Notes under the pieces: generated by a model
Databases searched by the model: none
What the model saw: only the letters and a program-made list of their open reading frames with translations
What the model was told of the DNA's origin: nothing
Assembly (NCBI RefSeq): GCF_963676685.1
Contig: NC_092345.1
Location: 45,012,001 to 45,076,000 of the forward strand
Length of the DNA: 64,000 nucleotides
Reading direction: 5' to 3'
From: Mytilus edulis
Lineage: Eukaryota
Made by a program: the position numbers and the translations under genes
Part shown: in pieces, positions 33,912-46,882 of the stretch
Position numbering within the stretch: position 1 is the first letter of the stretch
How the letters are laid out: each line of letters starts with the position of its first letter

Positions 33912-36900
33912 TTAAGTCTATTTATTACAAATTTCAAAATATGTAGTTTATTAATAGATTTTAAATCTTGTACTTAAATTCAGTTATCACGGTGCGCTGT
34001 ACCCTATATGTTTTGTTTGGTTATTGGTGAGTTTACTATACCATAATCTAATTGGTGAACCTTAAATCTGACGTAACAAGCCTTTTTCAATTGGGATCCA
34101 AGGAGGAAGGCAGGAGACAATTGAACTCAAATATAAAACCAAAAAATATTGTCAGGAAGTATTTAGAAATATTCAAACCTTTGAAATTATACTTGGTGGT
34201 TTTTACTAACGCATTAATGGTGTTTCGTCATAAAGTGACGTTAATATAATGAATTATTTTTGAAGGCTCTCACGTCAAGAGCAACGTTAACTGAAATATA
34301 GGAGCACATGGCGACCACATGGAAGAACAATGTCATTATTACATAATTTACAAATTTGTTTCTGGGGTGTTCCTTTATGTCTCCCCTTTTCTATTTCAAG
34401 TTCATGGGTACTGATTCTTAATTTGGATAACTCATTTATTGTTTTACATTTACTTTACAGTAAATACTTGTCAAGGCCAATGTTATTTTAAATAATCTAT
34501 AGGTTCTTCATATATTTCCTTGCACCATGCCAGGTTTGTCAATATTGAATTGGTTAGGTCAAATTTCATCATGTTTAATTCGGATTTTATTTTAATGATA
34601 ATTGTCTTCTATGCTATTGAGGATTATGTTCATAATTTAGCTTTCTTTTATGAAATATTTTGTATATCTAAGTTATGTTTCGTAAAAATCGTTGACAAAT
34701 TATTTCAGGAACTATTTGGTTTAAAATCTAAATAGAAAACGAATAATAACAGTCCAAGTGTAAAACGTTGTGGAATTTCAAGGTTAGATAAGTATTCAGC
34801 ATGTTTATAACCAGATTCAATGGTTCTTATAAATATTTGGCATAATCCGAAAGAGATGAGATGAACCATTTTACAGAATATAAGTACAATAGTAATAGTA
34901 AGATTTGCATGGCCCAGTACTTGTACGACTTAATCATTTGGAAAAAGGTGGAAATTGAACATCATTGTTCTTTTTGAAATTTTAGTTTTGGAATTTCTCA
35001 GATTAAACTTGCGTGTAAGGATCTTGTTAAGCTTCTTTAATCAGTTTTCTATATCATTTTAGTTTGTAAGAATTTAATTCAGCATCAAATTTTACAGTTC
35101 TTAATATCGTATTTATGGCATTTATAAAATATTTTGCTTTTGAGTGATCAAATTTCCCCCCCCCCCCCTAGGATATGTTTAAGCATCATTTAATCATTCA
35201 AATATGGGTAACATTGACTATCAAAGGATAAACAACATATCGGGTATGTCTGCATAATATCGTTTTGAACAAACAACCGGTCACAGCCTAAATAATAATA
35301 ATTTGTTCTGCATATTTTTATTATAATATATGTTTAAATTTTTCTGTTCGTGTTGTAACTATTGCAATGAATTGATTTTGTGGGTGTCGATTTTTAAGAT
35401 TCACTACTGAGCTAATTTTTAATAGGACATTGAAATGTGTATTTTAAAAAGGGGAATCAAGCCTGTGGCTGCAACACATTTAATAAGATAATATATAAAT
35501 ATATATTTTTTTATCTATATATATTTTTGTACTAAATTCCATGTTTATTTTTAGCAATCATGTCTGTTTAGCTGAGACAGTCAGCAAGAAAAAGCAAGCT
35601 ACACCAATAACTGTCAGTAGCAGCCCTGCAAGAAAGTCAACCAAAGGCTACCACCTACATGTATATTTGTACCTGTACCAAAGTTAAACGGCAACTTCAT
35701 CTGTAACAATTCGAGGGTACATGTATTGCCATTTACAACATTGGCCTTTATCAACCAACTGTTAAACACGCGTCTGGCGTATAAAATTATAATCCTGGTA
35801 CCTTTGATAACTATATATTCGTCATATTTTTCACAAGTGAACAATGTAAATGTTTGATCATTTTCAATTTACTCTAAAAAACACTTTTATGTTTAATATG
35901 AAAAGTCATTAAAGATAGTTTAATGAATCTTTTTTCTATTGTCTAATGCTAACATGTTACAATCATTAAAACATATGTTTTCTACTTTTTTTATAATGTG
36001 AAGGCGTAAGAATAGATGATTGATTTCAAAGACTGCCTTTTTCAAATATTTTGTTAATTGGATTATATAACTCGCTTAACACTCTCGTAATTTTGACTGT
36101 GTTATAACTACTTCAAATTTTACACTTTGGGAAGGTTCGGTATAAATTTTGCTTCATATGAATACACAAAAGTGACAATGTTGACTTTGACACAAGCACT
36201 CGACATATGCAAAGAAATTAATTTCCCATGAATTAATACGATTTTATTGTTATCTGATATTGGCATATTTGGATAAAAAACGAGATTTCTACAATTCATA
36301 ATTTGTGTGTATGTGAAGATGTAAACTGAATCTCGTGGATAATATTATATAAAACTGCATGTTTCTTCTGTTGTATACATTTTGCGGATTTTTATTGTAC
36401 TTTAGGGTTTCTAACTCTGAATCTCTTTAATTGTTTTATTATGTCTTAATTTCTTAATTCGAAAGGAGCATTTAGAAATATATAACAACAGATCACTCAG
36501 TAAAAAAACATAAAGGTAACTGTTGATAATTTAGATGAAGCATTGCACTAGATAAAAAATATCACTGAATTTCAAAAAATGTCTTTGAATGAATATATGT
36601 AGTAGAGATAATCAAGTAACCGAATATACATCATACGTTGACATCGAAATAAGACTGTACTTTCTACTAAGTCGTATAAGAGAAAGTGGAAATATCAGTA
36701 TGAAAGGTAAACATAACTATACATCATATCAACATCGATATAAACCTATACATTCTATAAATTGTAAAAACTAAATGTATAACGTATTCATCAGAAATAT
36801 AACAGTTGTCTTTCTTCATCTGAAAGATTGTCTCATACATTTTTCAATAGTATGTAATTTATGATGTATAATTTAACTTTAGATATTTCTATGCGAATTC

Positions 36901-38282
36901 TCCTTTAAGAAATGCATATGAAGAATATAGAAAAGAGTAAATATATATTCCTATATTATCTTTGATCTAATTCACTGAAAATTAAATTCTGGGGATCAAA
37001 TCCGAACTATTTGCCGTTTCAGAATGTATCCTGGGTAATATTTCCAAAAGAGTGATTGGTTTAAAACGTTCAAAATAAAGGCAACAGTAGTATACCGCTG
37101 TTAAAAACTCGTAAATCGATGGACAAAAAACAAAATCGGGGTAACAAACTAAAACTGAGGGAAACGCATTAAATACAAGAGGAGAACATCGACACAACAT
37201 TAAAATGTAACACACACTAAACAATGAAAATTCAACAAATTATGTAACTTTTTTTTTTCATTTTGGTGTAAGAACAATAAGAAGACCCGTAGTCCTCTAG
37301 ATTATGAAACGGTGAGTTCTGCCTTTACGGTATTAATAGTGAGGTTACCGCTGATCAATCGATGTGGTCTTGGATATACAGATTCCATAACTGCAACAAG
37401 TGTGCTACGATATTTCTCCACTCGAGAGAGTTAAATTTTAACATTTAAAGCGCGAGGCTTTCCGAGCTTTTTAAATCATTAAAATATAACTGTTGACTGT
37501 GGAGAAATATCGTAATACACGAGTTATAGTGGTTTCTCTAATAATTTGTAGCCCTCCTTTTCAAAGATTTGAAGAAATATGTGTACTTTTGATATGACTT
37601 CATGAAGCATAGTCGCCCTTTTTATGACGTCACAATAAGGAAAATTAAAAAAAAAAAAAAAAAAAATTAACGTCACAATAAATTTTTGACCACTCATTTG
37701 CCGAGAACACAGTTTTCATTAGTGAGGAGAAATAATTTTTCACACCGATCAAGAAATGTGAAAATAGCGCAAAAAAATTAGAGAAATGGCCGTTCACCCC
37801 TGCTGTAACATATAATTTTTAGTAATTATTTTCATAATATCTTTTTTTTTTTTTAATTTAAAATTCTTGACTCTTTACATCTATTCGGTTTAACACTCAG
37901 GCTATGAAAGTTGCCAAATCCAATTCAATTTATTTGACTAAAATATTGTTTAAACTAAACTAACACTCATGAATTAAATTCCTGATTATTTCGGTCCATT
38001 TTTAAAATCTATTTTTGTTTAATATAAAATAATTTATAACAAACTTGAGAATGGAAACGGCGAATGTTTAAAATACAAAATGTACAAAATATGGAGAAAC
38101 ATCTGCTAATCTATGCAGATTTTAACTTGTATTTTTACATGTTTGTTGTAATTGTTTTTCACATATGCTGATTTATATATATACATGCATTAACCAATTT
38201 ATTTTTTCTCAAGTATTTTTATGCATGTGTAAAAATAATCTCATTGATTTTAAAACTTTTTCTTTTTGAAAGAGATGTTCAC

Positions 38283-38355
38283 CCAATCAGAATAAGACAC
38301 TCGTCAGAGTATAGAAAGAACATATTAAATTCATTGTTTTCTCTCAAGTATAAAA
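38283..38355 (+). promoter_or_regulatory. Gene C core promoter: CCAAT 38283-38287, TATAAAA 38349-38355
   Basis: acCCAATCAG and TATAAAAAG with canonical spacing, ~110 bp before the ATG at 38466; conserved in A and B. Confidence 0.75.
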
Positions 38356-38465
38356 AGGAGAAATTTGCGAATTGTATAGTACAACTGTACAAGAAACTCG
38401 CCAAACAAAAACGTTGTGATATTGAATAGTGACGATTTAAGCTCTTCAAACTTTACAATTTCATC

Positions 38466-38523
38466 ATGCTTCTGAGGACAGCAATTGTTTTGTTGTTTTC
38501 TGTTCTTGTCTGTTATAAACAAG
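38466..38523 (+). CDS. Gene C exon 1: signal peptide MLLRTAIVLLFSVLVCYKQ
   Basis: ATG...CAAG|GTaaat, 58 nt. Confidence 0.88.
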
Positions 38524-39301
38524 GTAAATACTGTTTTTTTGTAGAAATTATTTTATTTGTAGAGGACAAAATGTGTTCCTTTCTTGTAAGTAATGAATAG
38601 ATGAAAAGCTTTAGCAGGTGATGTTACCAGAAACATTGGAATGCGTTCGTTTGTAAAATTTGATGAGCTGAGAGTTAATGACTTTACTCTAGAGATTCAT
38701 TGAAACTGATAAGCTTTTTAGCAGTAAGTTAATTCAAATGTAAAAAAGCTGTTCAAATTGTTAACTTACACACGGAAGTGTTTAAAAAGAGTATACCTAA
38801 GATATACTTTATAGTTTGTTTATTACAATTTGATAAAAGCAATACTAATTGAAATCCAGATTGTGGCTATGTATGCCACCTATGTCGTGTTGTTTTCGGG
38901 TAACATTATCAAAAATATAAGCTCTTTAAAGTAAATGAAAGCGAGAGTTGAGTATAAAAAGGAACAATTTGGAGCGGTCAGAGTTGGCGGAAAATAAAAC
39001 AACGAACATTATTCAAGTCTTTTGAATGCCTGCACCAAGTTAGAGATGAGACAGTTAATTTTCTCTCGTTTCCGTCGATTTCCCCTTTTTGACCACAAAT
39101 CTATGAAATTATCTATATCTAAACATGGTAATTATTTTAAAAGTTTTAACATTTTGTAAGATTTCACAGAAAGTGATTGGTTTCTAGCGAGGATGTTATA
39201 AATGTAGCAAACTGACAGTTTTGCAATTGGTACTGATAAAAATCATCACCAAGACACTATTTAAGTTGACATGTTTTACATAATTGTTTTTTTTTTTTAA
39301 G

Positions 39302-39461
39302 TGAACTGTATGTGTTCATGGCCATGTAATTGGCAAGAGCGAACATTCTACAATGAAGCAGCCGATGTAGACCTTCTTGTTCCAAATGCATACCAATTAA
39401 AAATCGCACCTGCCACTGTTATAGAATGTTTGATAAGAGAAGGACCGTTCATTGTTAACAG
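39302..39461 (+). CDS. Gene C exon 2: (V)NCMCSWPCNWQERTFYNEAADVDLLVPNAYQLKIAPATVIECLIREGPFIVN(R)
   Basis: poly-T aAG|...AACAG|GTaagt, 160 nt, in frame with exon 1. Confidence 0.88.
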
Positions 39462-39665
39462 GTAAGTGAAAAGCTTTTTCCAGTCGCGTTCATCTTTGTA
39501 AAAATCTAATTTCTATTTTATCGAGAAAAAAAAACCCGACTTTAATTGACTTGTATGATAATTTTAAACCAAAATAAATAACAAAACAATTCATTTAGAA
39601 AAAAAGTTGCACAGTAAATACACGGATATTGTAATTGATGATACATCATGGTTTTCTTTTTTCAG

Positions 39666-39751
39666 ACGAGGTGCCAATAAAGACTTTTATAGATGTATAA
39701 AAATTAACGACGTGTGTAAGAACAGCTTTGTGGTGATAGAAACACCTCTAA
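39666..39751 (+). CDS. Gene C exon 3: RGANKDFYRCIKINDVCKNSFVVIETPL
   Basis: ttttcttttttcAG|...CTAA|GTaagt, 86 nt; lies inside ORF 39607..39807. Confidence 0.88.
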
Positions 39752-40879
39752 GTAAGTTCAATTATCTAAAATGTAGTAAAGAAAAGAGAAATACAGAAAC
39801 GATGTAGATATAAAGGGAAATATATTATAATAGATTTATTGTTTGGTGCTCAATTGCTGGTATCTGTTTTATGAAAATATCAGTTTCATTTGTCTGATTG
39901 TAATTGTATGTTATACTTTGAATTCTCTTACAATGCAGTGTGTCAGGTAACCCTTGGTTTCATCTTGTTTTGTATGGTTCTTTCTAAAGGAATAAATATT
40001 ACATTAAATGATTATTTCTCGGTTTGTATTTTAGTAAATTTATTAGATTGTTTGATCTGTGTTCAAACATAATAAAAATTTGGCATCAAAATTATTTCGA
40101 AAAATAAAAATCAGAAATGTGTCAATCATTCTTTTTTCTCCTTTCGTATTAACATAAAAAGAAACCTTCAAATCTTCTGTGGTTTACTTGATACATAATG
40201 TTCAAAAAACCATTATAAAGAACGATATATAAACCGGTTTCAAGATATTAAACTAACTATCTTTTAAAAGTATTATCAACAGTTCTTTCTACAGTAACAA
40301 ATTAACAGCAGAGATATTCTAATGTTTAATATTCAACATGAGGTGTCAATCAGATTTGGAGTCTTAAGATTCTAAAGATATAATGCAAAACCTTCAACCA
40401 CGACCTTTTAAGTAATGCCAATGATTTTTCTACACTTTACAATAGAATACCTCCTACTCAATTGAAAAATGGAAAACAACGTCTCATTAAACGGGTAACA
40501 GCCTTTCTGTTCCATTACATCTACACAAATCGGAATCGTAGATACATATTCTTGCTTTAGGTCATGCGAAATCTTTCTTTGTAAATAATCGCGCTAATCA
40601 TAGAAAAAAAGATATTCCGTTAATGGTAATTATAATCAAAATGATGGTTTGTTTCGACAGCATATTTGTTGAGTTTGGTGACAGAGAGTCAGTTTTTGTT
40701 TTTCAACTGTGTACTCCTATTGCCAACTTAATTTTGTTGTCATTTGAAGCAGAACTCGTACAAAGCCTTTACAAAGACAAAAATACATCTTTTAAAGAAC
40801 TATAATGTCCATTCCACATAAATCGCTGATGTTTTGTCAATCAATAACCACATATGTGTGGGTGCTTGCATCTCATATT

Positions 40880-41525
40880 TCAAAGAAGTGTCTTAATTTC
40901 TACATAACGCTCGTGTAGGTTCACACTGTACGAATTGCATCACCCTTACACAAAAACTGCTTAGACTTGGTTGTTAAAAAAAAGACAAAATCATATTTCA
41001 GAGTCTTTTCATGTCCCTTTTGTATATATTGATGATCTTCTGTTAACCAATCTTTACATTTCAGTGGGTACTTGCATCTCAGTTATCTCAGTCATTAATT
41101 ACTCTCGTGCATTTTCACTTTTCGAACTTCATCAACGGGCATGTGATCCCTACAAAAAAATCTACTCCAACTGAGTCATAAGGTTATACGATTTAAATCG
41201 ACGCTACATAAGTTTACGGTCATGATCACACATCGGTTAACCGATACAATGTTTCTATGTCTCCACTCAAAAGCGATATGTTTTCATTGTTTGGTATTAT
41301 CTTTAGATACCAGAACAGTCGTATGATCTGTAAAATTACTGACTGTGTCCTATTACCTGTTGTGAAAGTTTGTTTGAGTGATAACCTTCACGGTGGGTCA
41401 TACATGCACAGCAGGAGACGTTTATCCTGTCGACGCTTCCGATTTCGATCCTATTTGAACTTATGTGAATCTCTCAGTTTGTGTTTGTTAGCTTTATTTG
41501 TCGTCCCTGTCGATTTATGAATTTC
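40880..41525 (+). mobile_element. Highly decayed Penelope-like retroelement fragment in gene C intron 3
   Basis: Absent from gene A intron 3; tatattgatgatctt (YIDDL) motif and a 3' tail resembling the 26715 repeat. Confidence 0.45.
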
Positions 41526-41677
41526 GAAAATCGATTATCAGCAATATTTTTAAGAATACTCTAGCCAGCCCGTTAAACTTCATTTGATTTTTAAACATAT
41601 TGTTTTGTTATATTAAATATTTCGTATTCCAAATAATTACCAAATTAAATTTTATGGTGGTTTATTTTGTATCACAG

Positions 41678-41755
41678 TCAGACAGGATTTTCCTCCAAAT
41701 TTGTGCGACATCTGTACTCCTGGAAATCTTACCAGCAAGCCACAAGTATGGGTCG
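41678..41755 (+). CDS. Gene C exon 4: (I)RQDFPPNLCDICTPGNLTSKPQVWV
   Basis: ttttgtatcacAG|...GTCG|GTaagt, 78 nt. Confidence 0.88.
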
Positions 41756-42109
41756 GTAAGTACACTTTACATGTTATAGTAAAACAAATATTGGATCGCA
41801 TTGTTAGGTCTCTAGTCTGTAGTCAAACGTTTTACAGGTACGACTGCAGACCAACATGGCACGAATACAGCCATTGACATAACATGATTTTACCAACTCC
41901 CTCGACACGATTATAATCGATAATTTTCAAATTACAAGTTTTCATTTAAACCCGCCTAGAATCGAACTCACTACCACCTGCTCTCTACTTTTGAAACTTT
42001 ACCGACACATTTCGATATAATAAATTTCAACACCACATGCAAATGTAACTGTAATATTAAGAGATATTTCCATCAATATTTATCAAGAAAAAACAAAATT
42101 AACCTATAT

Positions 42110-42275
42110 TAAAAAGAAGATGTGGTATGATTGCCATTGACACAACCGTCCAGAAGAGACCAAAATGACACAGAAATTAACACCAATAGGTCAACGTACG
42201 GCCTTCAACATGGAGCAAAGCCCCTACCGAATAGTCAGTTTTAAAAGGCCCCGAAATTACAATGTAAAGCAATTA
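42110..42275 (+). repeat. Mg1-like Mytilus interspersed repeat; reverse copy within ~50897-51410
   Basis: aagaagatgtggtatgattgcca...gtacggccttcaaca...aaaaggccccgaa; reverse complement at 51260-51405. The family name is recalled, not searched. Confidence 0.6.
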
Positions 42276-42917
42276 TGATGACCTAAAGTTGCTTTAATCT
42301 ACGTCATTTAGACTGTGATCGAAAGTGGTCTCATTGGCAATTATATCACAGTTCCTTGTTTGTTTATAGCTTACTCAAAAACTTTATACACAAATATAAC
42401 AATATCATTTTCAACACATTGTTTATATTGTAGAGCAATTATGCATAATAATGAACATTGTGTTTTCTCTCCCTATTAAACTAATCATAGATTTTCTTTT
42501 GAACAGAGAATCGACGTTCCTATTTTAATTATTGTTTCAGCAAAAGAGAACACTTGTGAGTATGGTTCCGTACACTTAAGGTTTTTTTTTCATGAATAAT
42601 TACTACAGAATTCCAGAAGTTATCTAAGTATTGATAAAGATTTTCTTAACAATGTACACGTCTTGAAAATAATCTGTATATTGTGCATTTTGTTTTATAT
42701 TAAGTACAAATCAATAATAAGTCAATAAATAACATCGTTGTATGATAAAAAAAAAACCAAAACCCTTAGACATTGCGTCAATAAAAGTGACCGTGTCGTG
42801 TCGTTCTATTTTTATAAATTTTGTAAAGTATTTTTTAAAATTTTTCCCCCTTTGAAAAAAACCATCAAGGTGTAGCATAAATTTAAAAACAACTTTTGCT
42901 ATTATTTGTTTTGTTAG

Positions 42918-43165
42918 ATCTAGGATGCGATGTACCAAAGAACTGTCCTGTACAACGTCGTACAGACATTCAATGTAATGGATGTGAAGAGAACCAACCA
43001 AATGATGATATAGCCTGCAGCACTTGTAAAAAGGAGGAAAGAAAAAAGTGGGAATATCAAAGGACATATTCCGGAGAGAAGAAGAAATCAACCTACGGTT
43101 CATATTCCGGGGAGAAGAAGAAATCAACCTATGGTTCACATTATATACGTTCTTTCAGAGGCTAA
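42918..43165 (+). CDS. Gene C exon 5 (terminal): (D)LGCDVPKNCPVQRRTDIQCNGCEENQPNDDIACSTCKKEERKKWEYQRT(YSGEKKKSTYGS)x2 HYIRSFRG*
   Basis: ttgttttgttAG| phase 1, in frame with exon 4; lies inside ORF 42896..43165. Total CDS 630 nt = 209 aa + stop. Confidence 0.85.
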
Positions 43166-43227
43166 ACGTAAAAGGAAAAATATGCTGAACCACTGTCATG
43201 TTTCAATAGAAAAAGCAAAATATTGAA

Positions 43228-43233
43228 AATAAA
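43228..43233 (+). promoter_or_regulatory. Candidate polyadenylation signal of gene C
   Basis: First AATAAA, ~60 nt after the stop codon; weak evidence in AT-rich DNA. Confidence 0.45.
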
Positions 43234-43559
43234 TATCAGCAAATATTCTTTAGTTATCCTTATAATATAGACAACTTTCGATTTCGTGCAATTTCCATTG
43301 AAATTTCCCATGCTTATGTTCTAACGTTATAAATGACCTCGTGTATGTCAATTGACACCGCGTCTACCGGTGTAATGATACTTTGCTATTGGGAATTGAT
43401 TTCACTTTTACTATGCATAGGCTTTACTCTTTTTGAATTTGGAATTATGCCTAAAAGGAGGCAAAACTGTTTTTGAACAATAAAATCTTTGCTTTACAAT
43501 CCAAATATTGCAGTAGATAGACGTTTAATCGTTCGTATCATCTAGTATAGGTTAATTTT

Positions 43560-44350
43560 CAATAAACAATGACATTCAAATGGGAACCAATTGTGCCCCT
43601 CTTGTTTCTTTATTATTATGAGACTAATTTCATACAGAAACATCTCATGTTTAACGCATCTATCACATCGAACTAAAGATAAATGATACAACATATACTG
43701 TTAAATCTTCTTCATAACTTGATTTATATAGAAAAATTGATAATGAGGGTCGGTTGAAAACAAAACTTTACGACAAAAGAGATGATTTCAGCTTTCCAAT
43801 TGTGACCTTTCCTTTTCTACGTTACAATATTGCATACATAGTATATATATTCTCTAGATTATACGATATTTCTGGGCTTGTTTTCCTATTATAATGTCCT
43901 TTATATAGGATTAATGCTCACAATGAAGCTATCAAAATAATAGTTCCAGATAATGATGTTGAAATCGTAAATTTTAAGGGCACCATTGCGAGTGGGTTAA
44001 GCGTTATGGAATATTAGTTTCCAGATAATAGCGAACATGTTCATAGTGTCGTAACTATAATCCCGTCCCTTTTTTCACAAATGTGGCCACATAATTAAAC
44101 TTATAACCGGGTTTTTACTAATATGAGCAACTTGACGGATGCCACATGTGAAACCGAATCTCTTGGCCCTATCAGGCTACTTGAGATCACCCCAGCTGTT
44201 GGTGAGCTTCGTGTTGCTTAGTCTTTAGTGTTCAGTGTTGTGTGTTGTACAATTGTTTGTCTTTTTGTCTTATTCTATTTTAGCTATGACATTGTCAGTT
44301 TATTTTAGACTATAAGAACGAATGTCCCTCTGGTATATTTCACCTTTTTC
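43560..44350 (+). mobile_element. Decayed Penelope-like RT fragment plus 3' region
   Basis: Remnants translate as MGTNCAPL and GRLKTKLYDKRDDFSFPIV. Confidence 0.65.
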
Positions 44351-45769
44351 TCATAGTTCCATTGATCAATGTTTTGACTCTTTTGTCGGCCTTTGACGTA
44401 TTACAAGGATCATGTTTCGATTGACCTTTAGCAGGACCGTTCAGACTTAAAATAAGAGACAACAATAGAGGGATAAACATCTTTGCTATATCGCGGCGAG
44501 AGCTGTTTCGTATATTTCATGGAAAAATGATAATCATGTGATGCACAAATATTTGAAAGTAAATAGAAGTTTTTTGTCGATAGCCAAAATTGTTCGAAAA
44601 ACATTCAAAAATTTATCAAACACTGTGTTAAATTCACTGTCATGTATATATGCACTATACAATTATATTGAATCCTTGGAATCCACGAAAGGTTATGTTA
44701 AAAAAAAGGTTAAGTTTTGGTTGATGATTTAAGCAGTTTCTCACGGGTTTATTGATGTGACAATTAGTCCGATGCACCCAAAAACGTTACACAATAACTC
44801 CTTTTATTCCGTTTGTGAGTTTTTAATAATCATCAGAAAAATAAGTTTTTTTCTTATTATATGTGCATAAAAGATAATGGTTAAAAACCGACGAAACCGC
44901 AATTACCAAAGGACATGCTTAACAGAAAGACATTCAGATGTATAACAAACAGTCTACAACAATATCTTCTTATGATGGTTTCTGCCTTTCGGATCTATAA
45001 TAGTTGCTTATAATCCTCGTTTTTGCAGGGTTTGTGCTGCCAAGTGTTTTGTTTTCTGTGTTGTGTTTTATACTATTGTTGCCTTTTTGTCAATTTTCCG
45101 TTTTTGCCATGGCATTGTCTTTATTTGTTTTTACCAGAATTTGAATGTGAAATTTAATAAAACAGCGCCCAAAAGCCGCAAAATTTTTATAAGCCGTTTG
45201 GTGGTCAACAAATAAACAGTATCAAGAAAAGTTGGTTGCGATGCAACATGTCAGCATATCATTGTTCCGAAGTACTGGTGACAATGGCAGATCTGCAGTC
45301 AACCATGGATTTTCAAAATGATAAAACTTGGACAAACTAACGAGATTCTTCACTTGGGAAGGAGATATGACCATGTGAGAAGGTTAAACTATTTTTTAGC
45401 ACAATCTTAGACTGAACCCAAGACCTTTTAAGATACCATTAAGGTTATAAGATTGGATTGAATGTCATAGTAAAATATATATAAAACCGAGTTCAGACTA
45501 AATTATTGATGAAAAACAGATGTCATTGAACGTAAATTATTCAATCTAGAATTAATATTTTACAAAATTATATGCCTGACATGATTTTAAACTATGTATT
45601 GAGGTTGTAGTTTATTGTATGAGGTAAATTTAACTGTTTTACTTATGAGCCATCAGATAAATCCCTGGGTGAACTGTATACATGATTGGTTTTTTTTCAG
45701 GAATAATAAGTGAACATGTAGGATCTTTTTAAATTTGAAACTAACAATATTAGAATCCTTGATTTCTTG

Positions 45770-46815
45770 ACATATTTGTTACGTTTAAAGAACTTGTGTT
45801 TCTCCATACGTCGGCATTCTCAAGGGAACCATCTGTGCCTCTCGTATAACCGACATGTATCTTTATTCATACGAAGTTGACTTCATACAGGAAAGTAATT
45901 GGAATGAAAGAATAGAAGTTAGCAGTATCCTTTAACCTTAATTTCCACTATAAAGATGATATTCTTACTAAATAAAATTAAGTTTGGTGACTATGTATGC
46001 ATTAGTACTATTGTCATTGGCCTAATAATATCAAACTATGAAATTTACTAAAAGCTTCTAGTAAGTCTCTCACGATCAAATTATGTAATTATGTAAAAGC
46101 TGCATGGAATATTCGATCTCATATAGTCTCATAACTTAATTTATATGTCATTGTATTTTACTATTGTTCTCTGTTGTCTATTCATGTTTTATATTATGTA
46201 ATATATGTTCTTAATTTTGCCAAAGCATGTCTATGCTTTGCAATAAAGATTCATTCATTCATTCATTCATTAATAACCGCGAACCTGAGATAAAGGATAC
46301 AACCGATAAGTTAAGTCTGTCTCATATCTTGAATTCCATCTAGAAACTGACAATACAGGTCGGTTGAAAACAAAACTTTACGATACTATTAGTTGCACAG
46401 TGTACAATTGTCTGATACGAGAATTTATCGGGTCAATAAAATTCATATCGGGTGAGGCGAAGCCAAATACCAGCCAATCAAATTGCGAGAAATTACTCTA
46501 AATTAGAATACAAAATAATGCCAGCTTCCCAATTGTGAACTTTTTATTTCTATGTATTAACATTTCAGCAGCTAACATGAACTGACATGAGCAAAATGAA
46601 GGGTGCAACATATAGAGCAGGATCAGCTTACCCTACCAGAGCACCTTATATTATCCCCCCTTTTTGATGGGGTTCATGTTGCTTAGTCTATATTTTCTTT
46701 TTGTGTTGTGTGTACTGTTGTTAGCCTGTTATTTTTGTCTTTTTAGCCATTGCGTTGTCAGTTTATTATCGACTTTTGAGTTTGAATACAACTTCGGTAT
46801 CTTTCGACTATCTTT
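45770..46815 (+). mobile_element. Decayed Penelope-like RT fragment with two nested insertions
   Basis: VGI..GT.CA..I.D.YLYSYE.DF and GRLKTKLYD remnants. Interrupted by a LINE-like 3' end with AATAAA-(CATT)n (~45995-46272) and a small element (~46386-46510). Confidence 0.6.
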
Positions 46816-46882
46816 AAAGTGTAATGCTTATATTTTCCACAAAGACATCCCTTTTCTATTTTGAGTCACAATAAAGGAAAAT

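Larger units (their letters stand above)
36600..42875. repeat. Inverted segmental duplicate of the gene A region (bases 1-~5520 plus ~24657-24970)
   Basis: Reverse-complement collinearity of flanks, promoter, introns and exons, e.g. 1-80 with 42790-42875, 330-370 with 42535-42580, 24745-24800 with 36780-36840. Confidence 0.92.

Noticed and set aside
40440-40805. Additional coding exon in gene C intron 3 (including ORF 40623..40805)
   Set aside because: Candidate acceptors are not conserved in gene A, the phase-1 frame stops at once, and exon 3 already joins exon 4 in frame.
42711-43139. 142-aa minus-strand ORF with repeats
   Set aside because: Antisense shadow of gene C exon 5 and its 36-bp repeat.
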